Source: Acidobacteriota bacterium (GTDB lineage Bacteria; Acidobacteriota; Terriglobia; Acidiferrales; UBA7541). From it: DNA of 64,000 nucleotides. The notes under the pieces are model-generated. The model made no database searches. It was not told the DNA's origin and saw nothing but the letters and a program-made list of their open reading frames with translations. The stretch is from contig QHYJ01000144.1 of NCBI GenBank assembly GCA_003223255.1, positions 21,887 through 85,886 of the forward strand, read 5' to 3'. The position numbers and the translations under genes were made by a program. Shown piece after piece: positions 39,807 through 50,500 of the stretch; the first letter of the stretch is position 1; each line of letters starts with the position of its first letter.

Positions 39807-39807
39807 A

Positions 39808-40533
39808 ATGCCGAAACTCAGCCTCATGTTCGACAACAAACTCGTAAGAGAGGTGCCGGTGGGAAGCCGCCCGGTGACCATCGGGCGCGCCCCGGACAAC
39901 GACCTGTCCGTGGACAACCTAGCCGTTTCCAGTTACCACGCGAAAGTGTATTTCGAGGCGGGGCGCATGGTCATTGAGGACCTCAACAGCCTCAATGGGA
40001 CCTTTGTCAACGATCTCCGCGTGGAGCGCGCCACTTTGCACGACGGAGACAACGTTCACATTGGCAAGCACATCATCAAGGTGGATACCAGCGGCGATGC
40101 GCCCATGTCGTGGCAGTCCGGGCGGAAAGCGGCGGCACCGCGCATCAATGAAACGATGGTGCTGGACACCAAAGAGCGGCGGCAGATGCTGCAACAGGCG
40201 GCGGCGATGGGTGAATCCATGCAATTCGCCGGGACACGCGTGAAAGTGGCGACCCTGATGGTGCTCGGCGGAAACACCGACCAAAAGGAATATATCTTGA
40301 CGAACAAGCTGACGGTCATCGGAAAGTCGGCGATGGCCACGGTGCGGCTGAAGGGCTGGTTCAAACCGCAAATGGCGGCGCAGATCAACCAACGCGACGA
40401 TGGCTATTTTCTTGGCCCTGGCGACAAGGTGCCTTCGGTGAACGGACGGCCCATCGGAGGGCCCACGCGGCTGAATGACGGAGACTTGATTGACGTGTCC
40501 GGCGTGAAACTGAATTTTATTTTCCGCGAGTAG
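39808..40533 (+). CDS. protein with two FHA domains
   Basis: N-terminal FHA: PVTIGRAPDNDLSVDNLAVSSYHAKVYFEAGRMVIEDLNSLNGTFVND. A second FHA-like module lies at the C-terminus (LTVIGKS...INQRDDGYFL...PSVNGRPI...LNDGDLIDVSG). The ATG is 1 nt after the PP2C stop. Confidence 0.9.
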   Translation: MPKLSLMFDNKLVREVPVGSRPVTIGRAPDNDLSVDNLAVSSYHAKVYFEAGRMVIEDLNSLNGTFVNDLRVERATLHDGDNVHIGKHIIKVDTSGDAPMSWQSGRKAAAPRINETMVLDTKERRQMLQQAAAMGESMQFAGTRVKVATLMVLGGNTDQKEYILTNKLTVIGKSAMATVRLKGWFKPQMAAQINQRDDGYFLGPGDKVPSVNGRPIGGPTRLNDGDLIDVSGVKLNFIFRE

Positions 40534-40545
40534 CGTTCGAACGCG

Positions 40546-42879
40546 ATGGCCGTCCCGTCAGCAGGGTTGTGGGAGAGGCGGGGCTCATTCGGCCTCTACG
40601 AACTGCTGCAATCGTGGTGGCGGCACCGCGTGTCGTTTGTCATCAGCGTATTTGTAACGTTTCTCGCGCTGGCGCTCTACTATTTCACCTTCGTCGGCGA
40701 GCGGCCGACTCCCATTTTCAATTTTGTCCAGCGGTTGGAATTTGCTTCCTTGGACACGCGCTTCCGCTACCGGCCGCTGGGGCCCGGTTGATCCGCGAAT
40801 CGTGATCGTGGACATCGACCAACATTCGCAGGAGGTGCTGGGCAAGTGGCCTTTTTCGCGGTCGCACTTCGCCCGGATGCTCGACGTTCTTCGCGAGGAC
40901 GGCGCGAAAGTGGCGGCGTTTGATGTGACCTTCAGCAAAGCCGATCAAAGCGCAGCGCCGATCCGCGCCTTGTGGGCGGAAGTGGAATCGCGGAAAAACC
41001 GCGGCGAGCAAGTGGATCCCGTGCTGTCGGCGGAAGTGCGGAAGCTGGCGGCCGCTTACGACCCAGATAAACAGTTTGCCGCCGCGATTCAGCGCTTTGG
41101 CGCCGTGGTGTTGGGAAACTTTTTCCTGCATACCGAAGCCGATCTTCGCGGCATCGACGACAAGACGCTGGACGCTTACGCCAATCAGATTGCCTTCTAC
41201 TCTTTCCCCAGCGTCCGTCCAGTTCGGCCCGGAACCGGCAAGCAGGACCGTATCAACGTCTTCGACGGGATTCTTCAATGTGTATCCCGACGTCGACGGC
41301 GTGGTGCGGCACGCGAATCTTCTCATTCCCTACTGCCGCTCCAAAGACTTCAACGATTGGGACCTCTACCCGTCGGTGGATGTGCAGGCCGTGCGGTCCT
41401 ATTTTCGACTGCCTAATGAACAAGTCGTTCTGGAGTTCGGCCCTGTCGGCGCTTACCGCATTTTGTTCGGACAGGCCGCGCAGATTCGCACCGACGAGCT
41501 GGGCCGAGTGGTCATCAATTATCACGGGCTGCGTTACACGTACCCGCATTATTCGCTCGCCGATGTCGTCGAGGGAAAACTTGGGTGGGAAACTTTTCAT
41601 GGAAAGATCGTGCTCATCGGTGCGACCGCCACGGGCATCGGCGATCTTCGCACGACGCCTTATGGCGGACTGGATTATCCAGGCGTGGAGATTCATGCCC
41701 ATGTCATTGACAACATTTTGCACTAATCGTTCCTGGTTCGAGGAGCAAAGCAAACGCTCACGGATGTGCTTATTATTCTGATGTTCGGCTTTCCATTAGG
41801 CGTCTGGATGGCGCTGGTTTCGCCGCGCTGCATGTGGTTTGGCGCTTTCCTGTTTGTGCCTTTGGTGGCCGTGAACTACTGGACGTTTTTGCACGGCCGG
41901 TGGCTCAATTTTACGGTGCCTGCGGTAACGCTTACGGCCAAAGTGTTGCTGGTTTCTCTCTACCGTTCGCTCTTTGAAGAAAAAGAAAAGCGGCGCGCGC
42001 GCGGCTTTCGGGCAGTACCTCAGCCCGGAAGTGATCCGACGCCTGCTGGTGAATCCGCAGCTCGTCGAGCCAAAGAAGACCGAGATCACCGTGATGTTCA
42101 GCGACATCCGCGGCTTCACCACCATTTCCGAGAAACTTGACGCGCAGGAATTGGCGCTGTTTCTGAGCCAATATCTTTCGGACCTGATCAGCCTCGTCTT
42201 CGAGAATTACGGCACACTCGATAAATATATCGGCGACGCCGTGATGGCCTTTTGGGGTGCGCCCTTCGAAGAACCGGGCCACGCCGCGAAGGCGTGCAAA
42301 ACGGCGCTCAAGATGACGGACCGAGTTCGCGAATTGCAAAAGAAATGGAAGGCCGAAGGCAAGCCGCATCTCGACATCGGCATCGGTCTGAATACCGGCA
42401 TGGCCAGCGCGGGCAACATGGGCTCCGCTCTGCCTTATGGCTACACGGCACTCGGCGATGCAGTGAATCTTTCTTCGCGTCTCGAAGGGCTCAACAAGGA
42501 TTACGGCACGCACATCATCGTAAACGAATCCACGTACCAGGCCGCCAAGGATAGCGGCTTCGTGTTCCGCGAGCTCGATTTGATTCGCGTCAAGGGAAAA
42601 CTCCAGCCGGTCACCATCTGGGAGCTTATCGGCCGCGTGGGCGAAGATACGGTGTACGGCACGGCGGAAGCGGTTCGTTCTCGAGTCGAACTTTTCCAGC
42701 GGGCTCGCGCGCGCTCCTGCCAGCGGCAATGGCAAGCGGCGCAGGAGGCGTTTCAGGAGATTCTGGACCAATGGCCAGACGACGGCCCTTCGCGGGCGTA
42801 CTGGAAGCGCTGCCAGGAATATCTCTTCGAAGAGCCACCCGAGGGTTGGGACGGTGTCTTTACCATGACCCACAAATAA
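40546..42879 (+). pseudogene. CHASE2-sensor adenylate/guanylate cyclase, three frameshifts plus one in-frame stop
   Basis: The family sequence is spread over five ORFs. These cover the N-terminal TM (40546-40791), CHASE2 (DPRIVIVDIDQHSQEVLGKWPFSRSHFARMLDVL; FNVYPDVDGVVRHANLLIPY; VLIGATATGIGDLRTTPYG), the TM block (41766-) and the class-III cyclase domain (ITVMFSDIRGFTTISE...YIGDAVMAFWGAP...GLNTGMASAGNMGS...YTALGDAVNLSSRLE). Shifts occur at ~40790, ~41250 and ~41995 (a GC-dinucleotide run). The in-frame TAA is at 41724-41726. Confidence 0.85.
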
Positions 42880-42997
42880 CGCCGAGCATCCCCCCGAAGC
42901 GTCCAAACGGATTCCCACCAACCCACAAAAGGTGCTCGAGCAACGTGATATAAGGTGTTCTTGGGTAGTAGTGGTCGTTTTCCCGTGGAGGTCTCCC

Positions 42998-43222
42998 ATG
43001 GCGCGTTGGTTCGTACTCGCCTTTTCTTTCCTGTTGGTTCCCGTAAGCTCCCCAAGCCAAACAGATGGGTCGAAAGAAGCCAAGAAGCTGAGCATTCAGG
43101 GAAAAGTGATCGAGGCGAAGGGCGGGCAGCCAGTCCGGAAGGTCAATGTGGAAGGTAAGCGATGTTCCCGGCGGAATCGTCCCTTAACAGTGAGCCGGTC
43201 CGTACCCGAAATAGGGCCCTGA
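42998..43222 (+). pseudogene. 5' fragment of a CarboxypepD_reg/TonB-dependent-receptor-like gene
   Basis: Signal peptide MARWFVLAFSFLLVPVSSPSQ, then LSIQGKVIEAKGGQPVRKVNVE (typical start of a carboxypeptidase-regulatory-like domain), then unrelated sequence and a stop. Full-length proteins of this type are far longer. Confidence 0.35.
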
Positions 43223-43314
43223 GGAATCTAAGTACGAAAGGAACAAAGCCAGCACCCTGCCCATTGTAATCCGGCGCGGATCACGCGACCTGACCAGGGG
43301 GAAGAGCAGTACTT

Positions 43315-46300
43315 ATGTGGATTGTCCGATTAGCGTTACGCAGGCCATACACATTCGTGGTCCTGGCCCTTGCGATAATCTTGCTGACCCCGGTCGTGCT
43401 CCTGCGCACTCCCACGGACATTTTCCCGGAAATCAACATCCCCGTCGTGAGCATCGCGTGGACTTACTCGGGGCTTTCGCCGTTGGAGATGGAGCAACGC
43501 GTTACCTCCACCATCGAACGCGGCGCCACGACCATGGTCAATGATATCGAGCACCTGGAATCGCAATCTCTTCCGGGCATGACTATCATCAAGCTCTATT
43601 TTCATCCCAAGGCCAACATTTCGACTGCCTTAGCGCAGACCGCCGCCGCCACAGAGACGATGATGAAGTGGCTTCCGCCGGGCGCGACTCCGCCGCTGGT
43701 GATTATCTACTCGGCTTCGACCGTTCCGGTGATTCAGATTGGGCTGACCAGCGACACCATGAGCGAGCAGCAGCTCTTTGATACCGGCACCACTTTTCTT
43801 CGCCCGAAGTTGACCACGGTCCCCGGCGCCGCCATTCCCTGGCCGTACGGAGGGAAGCAGCGCTTCATCTCTGTGGACATCGATTCGGCTGCGTTGCAGG
43901 CCAAGGGGCTCTCTCCCGTGGACATCGTTAACGCGATGAACCAGCAAAACCTCATCCTGCCCACGGGAACCGCGAAGCTCGGTCTGCTGGAATACAACGT
44001 GGAGATGAACGGGAGCCCGCGCACGGTGGCGGAGCTGAACGATCTACCGGTCAAGACCATCAACGGCACCACCATTTACATGAAGGAAGTAGCTCACGTC
44101 CGTGACGGCTTCTCGCCGCAGACCAACATCGTGCGGGCCAATGGCCGGCGCGGCGTGATCATGAGCATTCTGAAGACGGGCGGCACTTCCACACTGGAAG
44201 TGGTGTCGCGCGTCAAGGAAATTCTGCAGTATTACTCGGGGGCTTTGCCCGAGGGGCTGCACGTCACCACTTTCTTCGATCAATCCCTTTTCGTGCGCGC
44301 CGCGATTTAAGGCGTGGTCCGGGAAGCGCTCATCGCCGCCTGCTTGACGGCGGTCATGATTCTGCTTTTTCTCGGGAACTGGAAGAGCACGCTGATCATC
44401 GCCATTTCCATTCCTTTGTCCATCCTGGTGAGTGTCATCGCCCTGAGCGCGCTGGGCCAAACGATCAACATCATGACCTTGGGCGGCCTAGCCCTCGCCG
44501 TAGGCATCCTGGTCGACGATGCAACAGTAGAAATTGAAAACATCAACCGCAACCTGGCCATGGGTAAAGAGACCATGCAGGCCATCTTGGACGGCGCTGC
44601 GCAAATTGCCGTGCCTGCATTCGTCTCCACGATTTGTATCTGCATTGTCTTTATTCCCATGTTCTTCCTGTCTGGGGTGGCGAAATTCCTCTTCGTGCCG
44701 CTTGCCGAGGCGGTGATTTTCGCTATGCTTGCCTCCTATTTCTGGTCGCGAACCATCGTGCCAACCCTGGCGATGTATCTTCTTTCCGCCGAGGATGAAT
44801 ATCATGGCGACGAGCATGTTGGCGAAAAAATGGGATTCTTCCGGCGGTATCAGCAGGGATTCGAGCGGCGGTTTGAGGCGTTTCGCGAAGGTTATCGCCG
44901 CGCGCTGACAACGGCCTTGCATCACCCCTGGTTGTTCACCGCTTGCTTTCTCGGATTCTGCGTTCTGTCCGGTGGGCTAGTTCTTGTCGTTGGCCGGGAT
45001 TACTTCCCCACTGTCGATGCAGGCCAGATTCGACTGCACATGCGCGCGCGTCCCGGCCTGCGCATTGAAGAAACCGCGCGGTTGGCGGACCAGGTCGAAA
45101 CCACGATTCAGGAAATTATCCCGAAGCGGGATTTAGTCACCATCCTGGACAATATCGGTCTGCCCTACAGCAGCATCAACATGACCTACAGCAATGCGGG
45201 CACCATCGGCACCTCCGACGCGGAGATTCTCGTACAGTTGAAGAAAGACCGGGGCAGCTCCACCGCGACGTACATCAAAGAACTTCGCGAAATGCTGCCG
45301 CAGCGATATCCGTCCACGCAATTTTTCTTCCAGCCGGCGGACATAGTTTCGCAAATTCTGAATTTCGGGATGCCTGCGCCCATTGATATCGAGGTGATGG
45401 GACAAAATCAGGCCGGCAACTACCAAATCGCAGAAAAACTTGCGTCACAGATCCAGCACGTTCCCGGCGCTGTCGACGTGCACGTCCAACAGGCTTTCAA
45501 CGATCCCACCCTGCACATGGAGATCGACCGCACCCGCGCGCAGTCCGTGGGCCTGCAGGCGCGGGACATTGCGCAAAACTTGCTGGTCTCCTTGAGTTCC
45601 AGCTTCCAGACGGCCCCGGTTCTCTGGATGGATCCCAAGAACGGCGCAACCTATCAAGTTGCCGTGCAAACTCCGCAATATCGGATTGATTCGATGCAGG
45701 CGCTGGAAAACACGCCGGTCACCGGAGCCGGCGCTGCCGCCGCGGACGAGCCGCCGCAGATTCTCGGCAACCTGGTCAATATTTCATCGGCCATGCGGCC
45801 CGCCGTGGTGTCCCACTACGACATCGAGCCGTTGATCAATGTTTATGCTTCCGCGGACGGGCGGGATCTCGGCGCAGTGTCCGATGAAATCGCCAAACAC
45901 GTGCACGCCATCGAAAAGGAATTGCCACGCGGCAGCCACATCACCATTCGCGGCCAAGTGCAAACAATGAAATATTCGTTTGATGGCTTGGCAATCGGCT
46001 TGGTCGGCGCCATTGTTTTGGCCTATCTCTTGATTGTGGTCAATTTTCAATCCTGGTTGGATCCGTTCGTCATCATCACCGCGCTGCCAGGCGCGCTGGC
46101 GGGCATCTGCTGGATTTTGTTCTTCACGCATACCACGTTGAATGTGCCGTCGATGATTGGCGCAATTATGTGCATGGGCGTGGCCACGTCGAACAGCATT
46201 TTGGTGGTTTCTTTCGCGCGCGAGCAGTTGCAGGAAGGAAAGACGGCGCAACAAGCCGCGCTGGAAGCCGGATTCGTGCGCATCCGCCCCGTGATTATGA

Positions 46301-46515
46301 CCGCGCTGGCGATGATTATCGGCATGGTTCCGCTGGCCATCGGGCTCGGCGAAGGCGGCGAGCAAAATGCTCCACTAGGCCGGGCAGTGATTGGCGGCTT
46401 GATTTTCGCTACGTTTGCCACGCTGTTCTTCGTCCCGACGGTGTTCTCCGTCATTCACGGACACCGGGAACGCCGAAGGGCGCTGGAAACCGCTGCCGTT
46501 TCCGTCATACCCTGA
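43315..46515 (+). pseudogene. RND efflux transporter permease (AcrB/HAE1-like) interrupted by one in-frame TAA
   Basis: ORFs 43315-44310 and 44314-46515 are in the same frame. FVRAAI-TAA-GVVREALIAACLTAVMILLFLGNW spans the conserved TM4 region. Otherwise it is a full-length 12-TM RND protein. Confidence 0.9.
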
Positions 46516-46579
46516 ACGGTAAGGGCGCGGGCGAACTCGAGATTGCAAGAGACCAGGGAAAACGCAGTATGGAGTTGAG

Positions 46580-47800
46580 ATGAGCTCTCAAGATAGCGGT
46601 CAAGCTGGCGAAAAAGGGGGAAAATTATTCCAGGTGCTGTCGGGCGGAGCGCTCCTCCTTGCGGTGTTGGGCGGGCTCACGCTACTGCAGCGCCGCTCGG
46701 AATACCGCACCCTCGCGGAAGAAACGGAAACGCTTGCGATTCAGACTGTTGGCGTGATCCACCCAACTCCCGAAACGGGCCAAGAAGACTTGGTGTTGCC
46801 GGGAACGATGGAAGCGTTCGTCGAGTCCCCGATTTACGCGCGCACCAACGGCTATCTCAAGAAGTGGTATCACGATATCGGCAGCCGGGTTCAGAAAGGC
46901 GATTTGCTGGCGGACATCGACACGCCGGAAGTGGATGAACAGCTCTCGCAGGCGCGCGCCGATCTCGCGACGGCGCAGGCCAATGCTCATCTTTCTGAGA
47001 TCACGGCTTCGCGCTATGCGGAGCTCTTGAAAACCGACGGCGTCTCCAAACAGGAAGTCGATAACGCCGCTGGCGACCTGGCGGCCAAGCACGCCATCGT
47101 GCAATCCGCGGAAGCAAACGTGCACCGCCTGGAAGAAATGAAATCCTTCCAACACATTTACGCTCCCTTCTCCGGCGTGATCACGCGGCGCAACGTGGAC
47201 ATCGGAACGCTGGTCAATGCCGGCAATGGCGGCGCGTCGCAGCAGCTCTTCTTCCTGGCACAAACCAGTCCTCTGCGCGTTTATGTGCGGGTCCCGGAAA
47301 TCTACGCCAACACCATTCATGCGGGCCTTGGAGCCCATCTCGAAGTCACGCAGTATCCGGGCAAAAAAATCGAAGGCAAGGTGACGCGCACGGCGGAAGC
47401 CATCGACCTTGCCACGCGCACCCTGAATACGGAAGTGGATGTTCCCAACCGCGACGGAACGCTGCTGCCGGGCGGTTACGCCCAAGTTCACTTGGAAGTC
47501 AAAGTGAGCGGCTCGCGGCTGCAAGTCCCCGTGAACGCGCTGCTGTTCCGCTCGGAAGGGCTTCGGGCCGTCGTTGTGGATAACAACCGCAAAATCCACC
47601 TGCGGCAGATTACTGTCGGGCGTGATTACGGAACGAGCCTCGAAGTTTTGCAGGGTCTCGATGCACAGGACTGGATCGTCCTCAACCCCGCCGATTCGCT
47701 GGAGGAAGGCCAGGAAGTGCGCGTGCAAGAAATCGCCATGAAGGGGGCCGCGTCGTCACCAGCGAAGCCGCAAGCACCTGCGCAAGGTTCCAACAAATAA
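46580..47800 (+). CDS. RND efflux periplasmic adaptor (MFP/HlyD family)
   Basis: 406 aa with lipoyl/hairpin/beta-barrel pattern: ARTNGYLKKWYHDIGSRVQKGDLLADID, coiled-coil QARADLATAQAN, and IYAPFSGVIT. Confidence 0.9.
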   Translation: MSSQDSGQAGEKGGKLFQVLSGGALLLAVLGGLTLLQRRSEYRTLAEETETLAIQTVGVIHPTPETGQEDLVLPGTMEAFVESPIYARTNGYLKKWYHDIGSRVQKGDLLADIDTPEVDEQLSQARADLATAQANAHLSEITASRYAELLKTDGVSKQEVDNAAGDLAAKHAIVQSAEANVHRLEEMKSFQHIYAPFSGVITRRNVDIGTLVNAGNGGASQQLFFLAQTSPLRVYVRVPEIYANTIHAGLGAHLEVTQYPGKKIEGKVTRTAEAIDLATRTLNTEVDVPNRDGTLLPGGYAQVHLEVKVSGSRLQVPVNALLFRSEGLRAVVVDNNRKIHLRQITVGRDYGTSLEVLQGLDAQDWIVLNPADSLEEGQEVRVQEIAMKGAASSPAKPQAPAQGSNK

Positions 47801-47802
47801 TA

Positions 47803-49281
47803 ATGAGAAGTGCTAAGCATATTGCTGTCCTGAATAGCATTGTTGTCTTTCTTTTCGCCGCGGGCTGCACCGTGGGCCCTAAATACCAGCGCCCGTCTGC
47901 TCCCGTGCCCGGTAAATGGGATGTTAGCGAGCCATGGCGCGAAAGCGCGCCCAAGGATGGAGTCCCTAAAGGCGAATGGTGGAACGTTTTCCAGAACGAC
48001 GAACTGTCCGCGCTCGAAAAGCAAGCTCTCGACGCGAATCAGACCATCAAAGTTGCGGTGGCCCGCCTGGAGCAAGCGCGCGCCGCCGCTTCACTGCAGA
48101 TTGCCACGCAATTTCCAAATCTAGCGGCTGAGCCGCAGGCTGAGCGTCAGCGCCTCTCGGGCAATCGCCCCACAAGTGTTAATCTCCCTGCCGTTGCTCC
48201 CGTGACGCAGAACATCATTACACTGCCGTTTACGGTCGGCTATGAAGTGGACTTGTTTGGCCGGCGGCGCAGAGGCATTGAAGCGGCACAAGCCTCTTAT
48301 CAAGCATCTGCGGCCGACCTCGAAAACGCTCGCCTAGTCATCACCTCGGAACTTGCTGGCGATTACTTTACGCTCCGGCAGCTTGATTCGGAGCTAAACA
48401 TCTTGAACCGCACCGTCGAGACGCTCCAAAAAGGTTTGCAACTGGTCCAATCGCGGCACACGGGCGGTCTCGCTTCCGGTCTGGACGTGGCCGAAGAAGA
48501 GACCCTGCTAAACACCACCAAGACGCAGGCTGTTTTGCTCGAGCAACAACGCAAACAGGTTGAGGATGCGATTGCGGCGTTGCTCGGGAAGCCCGCGCCC
48601 GACTTTCACCTCGCACCAAGAGAATTCAACGCGGAGCCTCCCGCTTTGGATGCGGGACTGCCTTCGGATCTCCTTGAGCGCCGTCCGGACATTGCTGAAG
48701 CCGAGCGCCAGATGGCCGTAGCCAACGCGCAAATCGGCATTGCCCGCGCAGCTTACTTCCCTTCACTAAACCTTTTTGCCAATGGCGGATGGCAGGCGGC
48801 GGACATCGCCAAACTTCTAAATGTGCAGAGCACCTTCTGGGCTGTCGGTGCCAATGTGGCCGAAGCCATCTTCACCGGTGGTTCGCGGCGCGCGCAAGCG
48901 CAATTCGCCAAGGCTGGTTACGACGCAAGCGTGGCTTCTTACCGCGACACGGTCTTGAATGCCTTCCGCGAAGTGCAGGATGACGTCACCGGCCTGACCG
49001 TTCTCGACCAGGCTTTTCATTCGCAAGAGAAGGCCGTGGATTCTGCCCGCCGCACGGTGGATATCGCCACCAGCCGCTATGTTGGCGGTCTCGTGAGCTA
49101 TCTCGACGTCGTGAACGCCCAGCAAAGCTTATTGAATAACGAGCAAGAGCTTGCCGTGATTCGCGGTCAGCGCCTGGTTACCAGCGTGCTGCTTGTGAAA
49201 GCCCTCGGCGGCGGTTGGGATGCTTCGAGCCTCGCGGCAGTACAAATCAAAACGAAACTGCGGGATGTGGTTGCGCCCTAA
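47803..49281 (+). CDS. efflux outer-membrane factor lipoprotein, NodT family
   Basis: Lipobox LFAAGC followed by TVGPKYQRPSAPVPGKW, with two TolC repeats. The start is 2 nt after the adaptor stop. Confidence 0.9.
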   Translation: MRSAKHIAVLNSIVVFLFAAGCTVGPKYQRPSAPVPGKWDVSEPWRESAPKDGVPKGEWWNVFQNDELSALEKQALDANQTIKVAVARLEQARAAASLQIATQFPNLAAEPQAERQRLSGNRPTSVNLPAVAPVTQNIITLPFTVGYEVDLFGRRRRGIEAAQASYQASAADLENARLVITSELAGDYFTLRQLDSELNILNRTVETLQKGLQLVQSRHTGGLASGLDVAEEETLLNTTKTQAVLLEQQRKQVEDAIAALLGKPAPDFHLAPREFNAEPPALDAGLPSDLLERRPDIAEAERQMAVANAQIGIARAAYFPSLNLFANGGWQAADIAKLLNVQSTFWAVGANVAEAIFTGGSRRAQAQFAKAGYDASVASYRDTVLNAFREVQDDVTGLTVLDQAFHSQEKAVDSARRTVDIATSRYVGGLVSYLDVVNAQQSLLNNEQELAVIRGQRLVTSVLLVKALGGGWDASSLAAVQIKTKLRDVVAP

Positions 49282-49306
49282 TCTACTAAGCTCCCGGAAG
49301 GTACGC

Positions 49307-50260
49307 TCAGGGGTTGCCAGTGTCGTGAGGCGAGATGACGCGGCCTAATTCCGAAGCGCGGCTCAGCCGGTCAAACATCTGGTAGGCGGCGTCGGAAATT
49401 CTGGTGATAGCTTCGCCTCCATCGCGTTCCCGCCGCAAATATGTGGTCATCACGCTGATGACGTAAGGCCGTTTGCCGGTAAAAACAATCCCGGAATCAT
49501 TGCGCACGCCCTCCAGTTCTCCCGGTTTGTTCGCCACCTTCACATCTTCCGGCAAATTGCGCGGGATATAGCTTTCCTTGTGCACGCTGAGCAGGTTGAA
49601 AAAATCTTCGGTCATCTGCCTGTTCAACACTTTGCCGCGATAAAGGTTTTCGAGCAGCAGCATCATTTCGCGCGGCGTGGCCACGTTTTCTCTGCCTTCC
49701 GAGGCCGCCTTCAGGTCCATCATCTTGCGCCGCAGGCGGGTGCGCGCCAGCCCTAGGGAATCAAGCAACGCGTTTACGTTTTCCATTCCAATGCGGTCAA
49801 TGATCACGTTGGTGGCGGAATTATCGCTCACCGAAATCACCAGTCCCGCGACGTCGCGCAGCGTCAGCCGCGTCATCCCCGGCGTAAGCACGCTGGTGAT
49901 GCCGCTTCCCCCGACCAGGTCCGACTGTTGCAGGGTGTAAAAATCCGTGAGCTTGATTCCGCCTTGTTGCGCCTGGCGATATAGCTCCGCGAGAATCGCA
50001 ATTTTGATGGAACTGGCCGTGGGCATCACTTCGTCGGCATGCAGCAAATACTTCTGTCCAGTCGTCAAGTCCAGGATGGCCACCGCAAGTACCCCGTCGA
50101 GCTTGCTATCTACTTCATTGACCGTGGCCGCCAGCTTTTGCCATAGGACGTGTTCTTTCTCCTGGGAATTTTGCTGCGCCGCGGTGCGCAAAGGTCCACC
50201 GCTGAAAACTGCCGCGCATCCCACAACAAGCAAGACTTTCTTCAACAAGGAACCCTCCAA
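49307..50260 (-). CDS. class A beta-lactamase-related serine hydrolase
   Basis: Signal peptide, SxxK (ASSIK), SDN (SVSDNSATN), and a KTG-like KPGE. Confidence 0.75.
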   Translation of the reverse strand: MEGSLLKKVLLVVGCAAVFSGGPLRTAAQQNSQEKEHVLWQKLAATVNEVDSKLDGVLAVAILDLTTGQKYLLHADEVMPTASSIKIAILAELYRQAQQGGIKLTDFYTLQQSDLVGGSGITSVLTPGMTRLTLRDVAGLVISVSDNSATNVIIDRIGMENVNALLDSLGLARTRLRRKMMDLKAASEGRENVATPREMMLLLENLYRGKVLNRQMTEDFFNLLSVHKESYIPRNLPEDVKVANKPGELEGVRNDSGIVFTGKRPYVISVMTTYLRRERDGGEAITRISDAAYQMFDRLSRASELGRVISPHDTGNP

Positions 50261-50500
50261 GTGGAGGAGATTATAAGGCCTGTCGGAAAACGTTCAGAGC
50301 ACTTTTCCTCAAACCGGCGGGTTGGTCTGCTATCGTCGGCAGAGGCGTACTGAATGGGCACCGGCGAAACCATTTCCACGAAATTGTGTTAAATAGGAAG
50401 AAAGGCGCTCGACCGCCTGCGAAAACGCCGAGCCGGCCATCTCCTAGACAATCGAGCAACACAAAATCCCGGCAGGCTTCGCTCTTTGGAGAAAACACTG

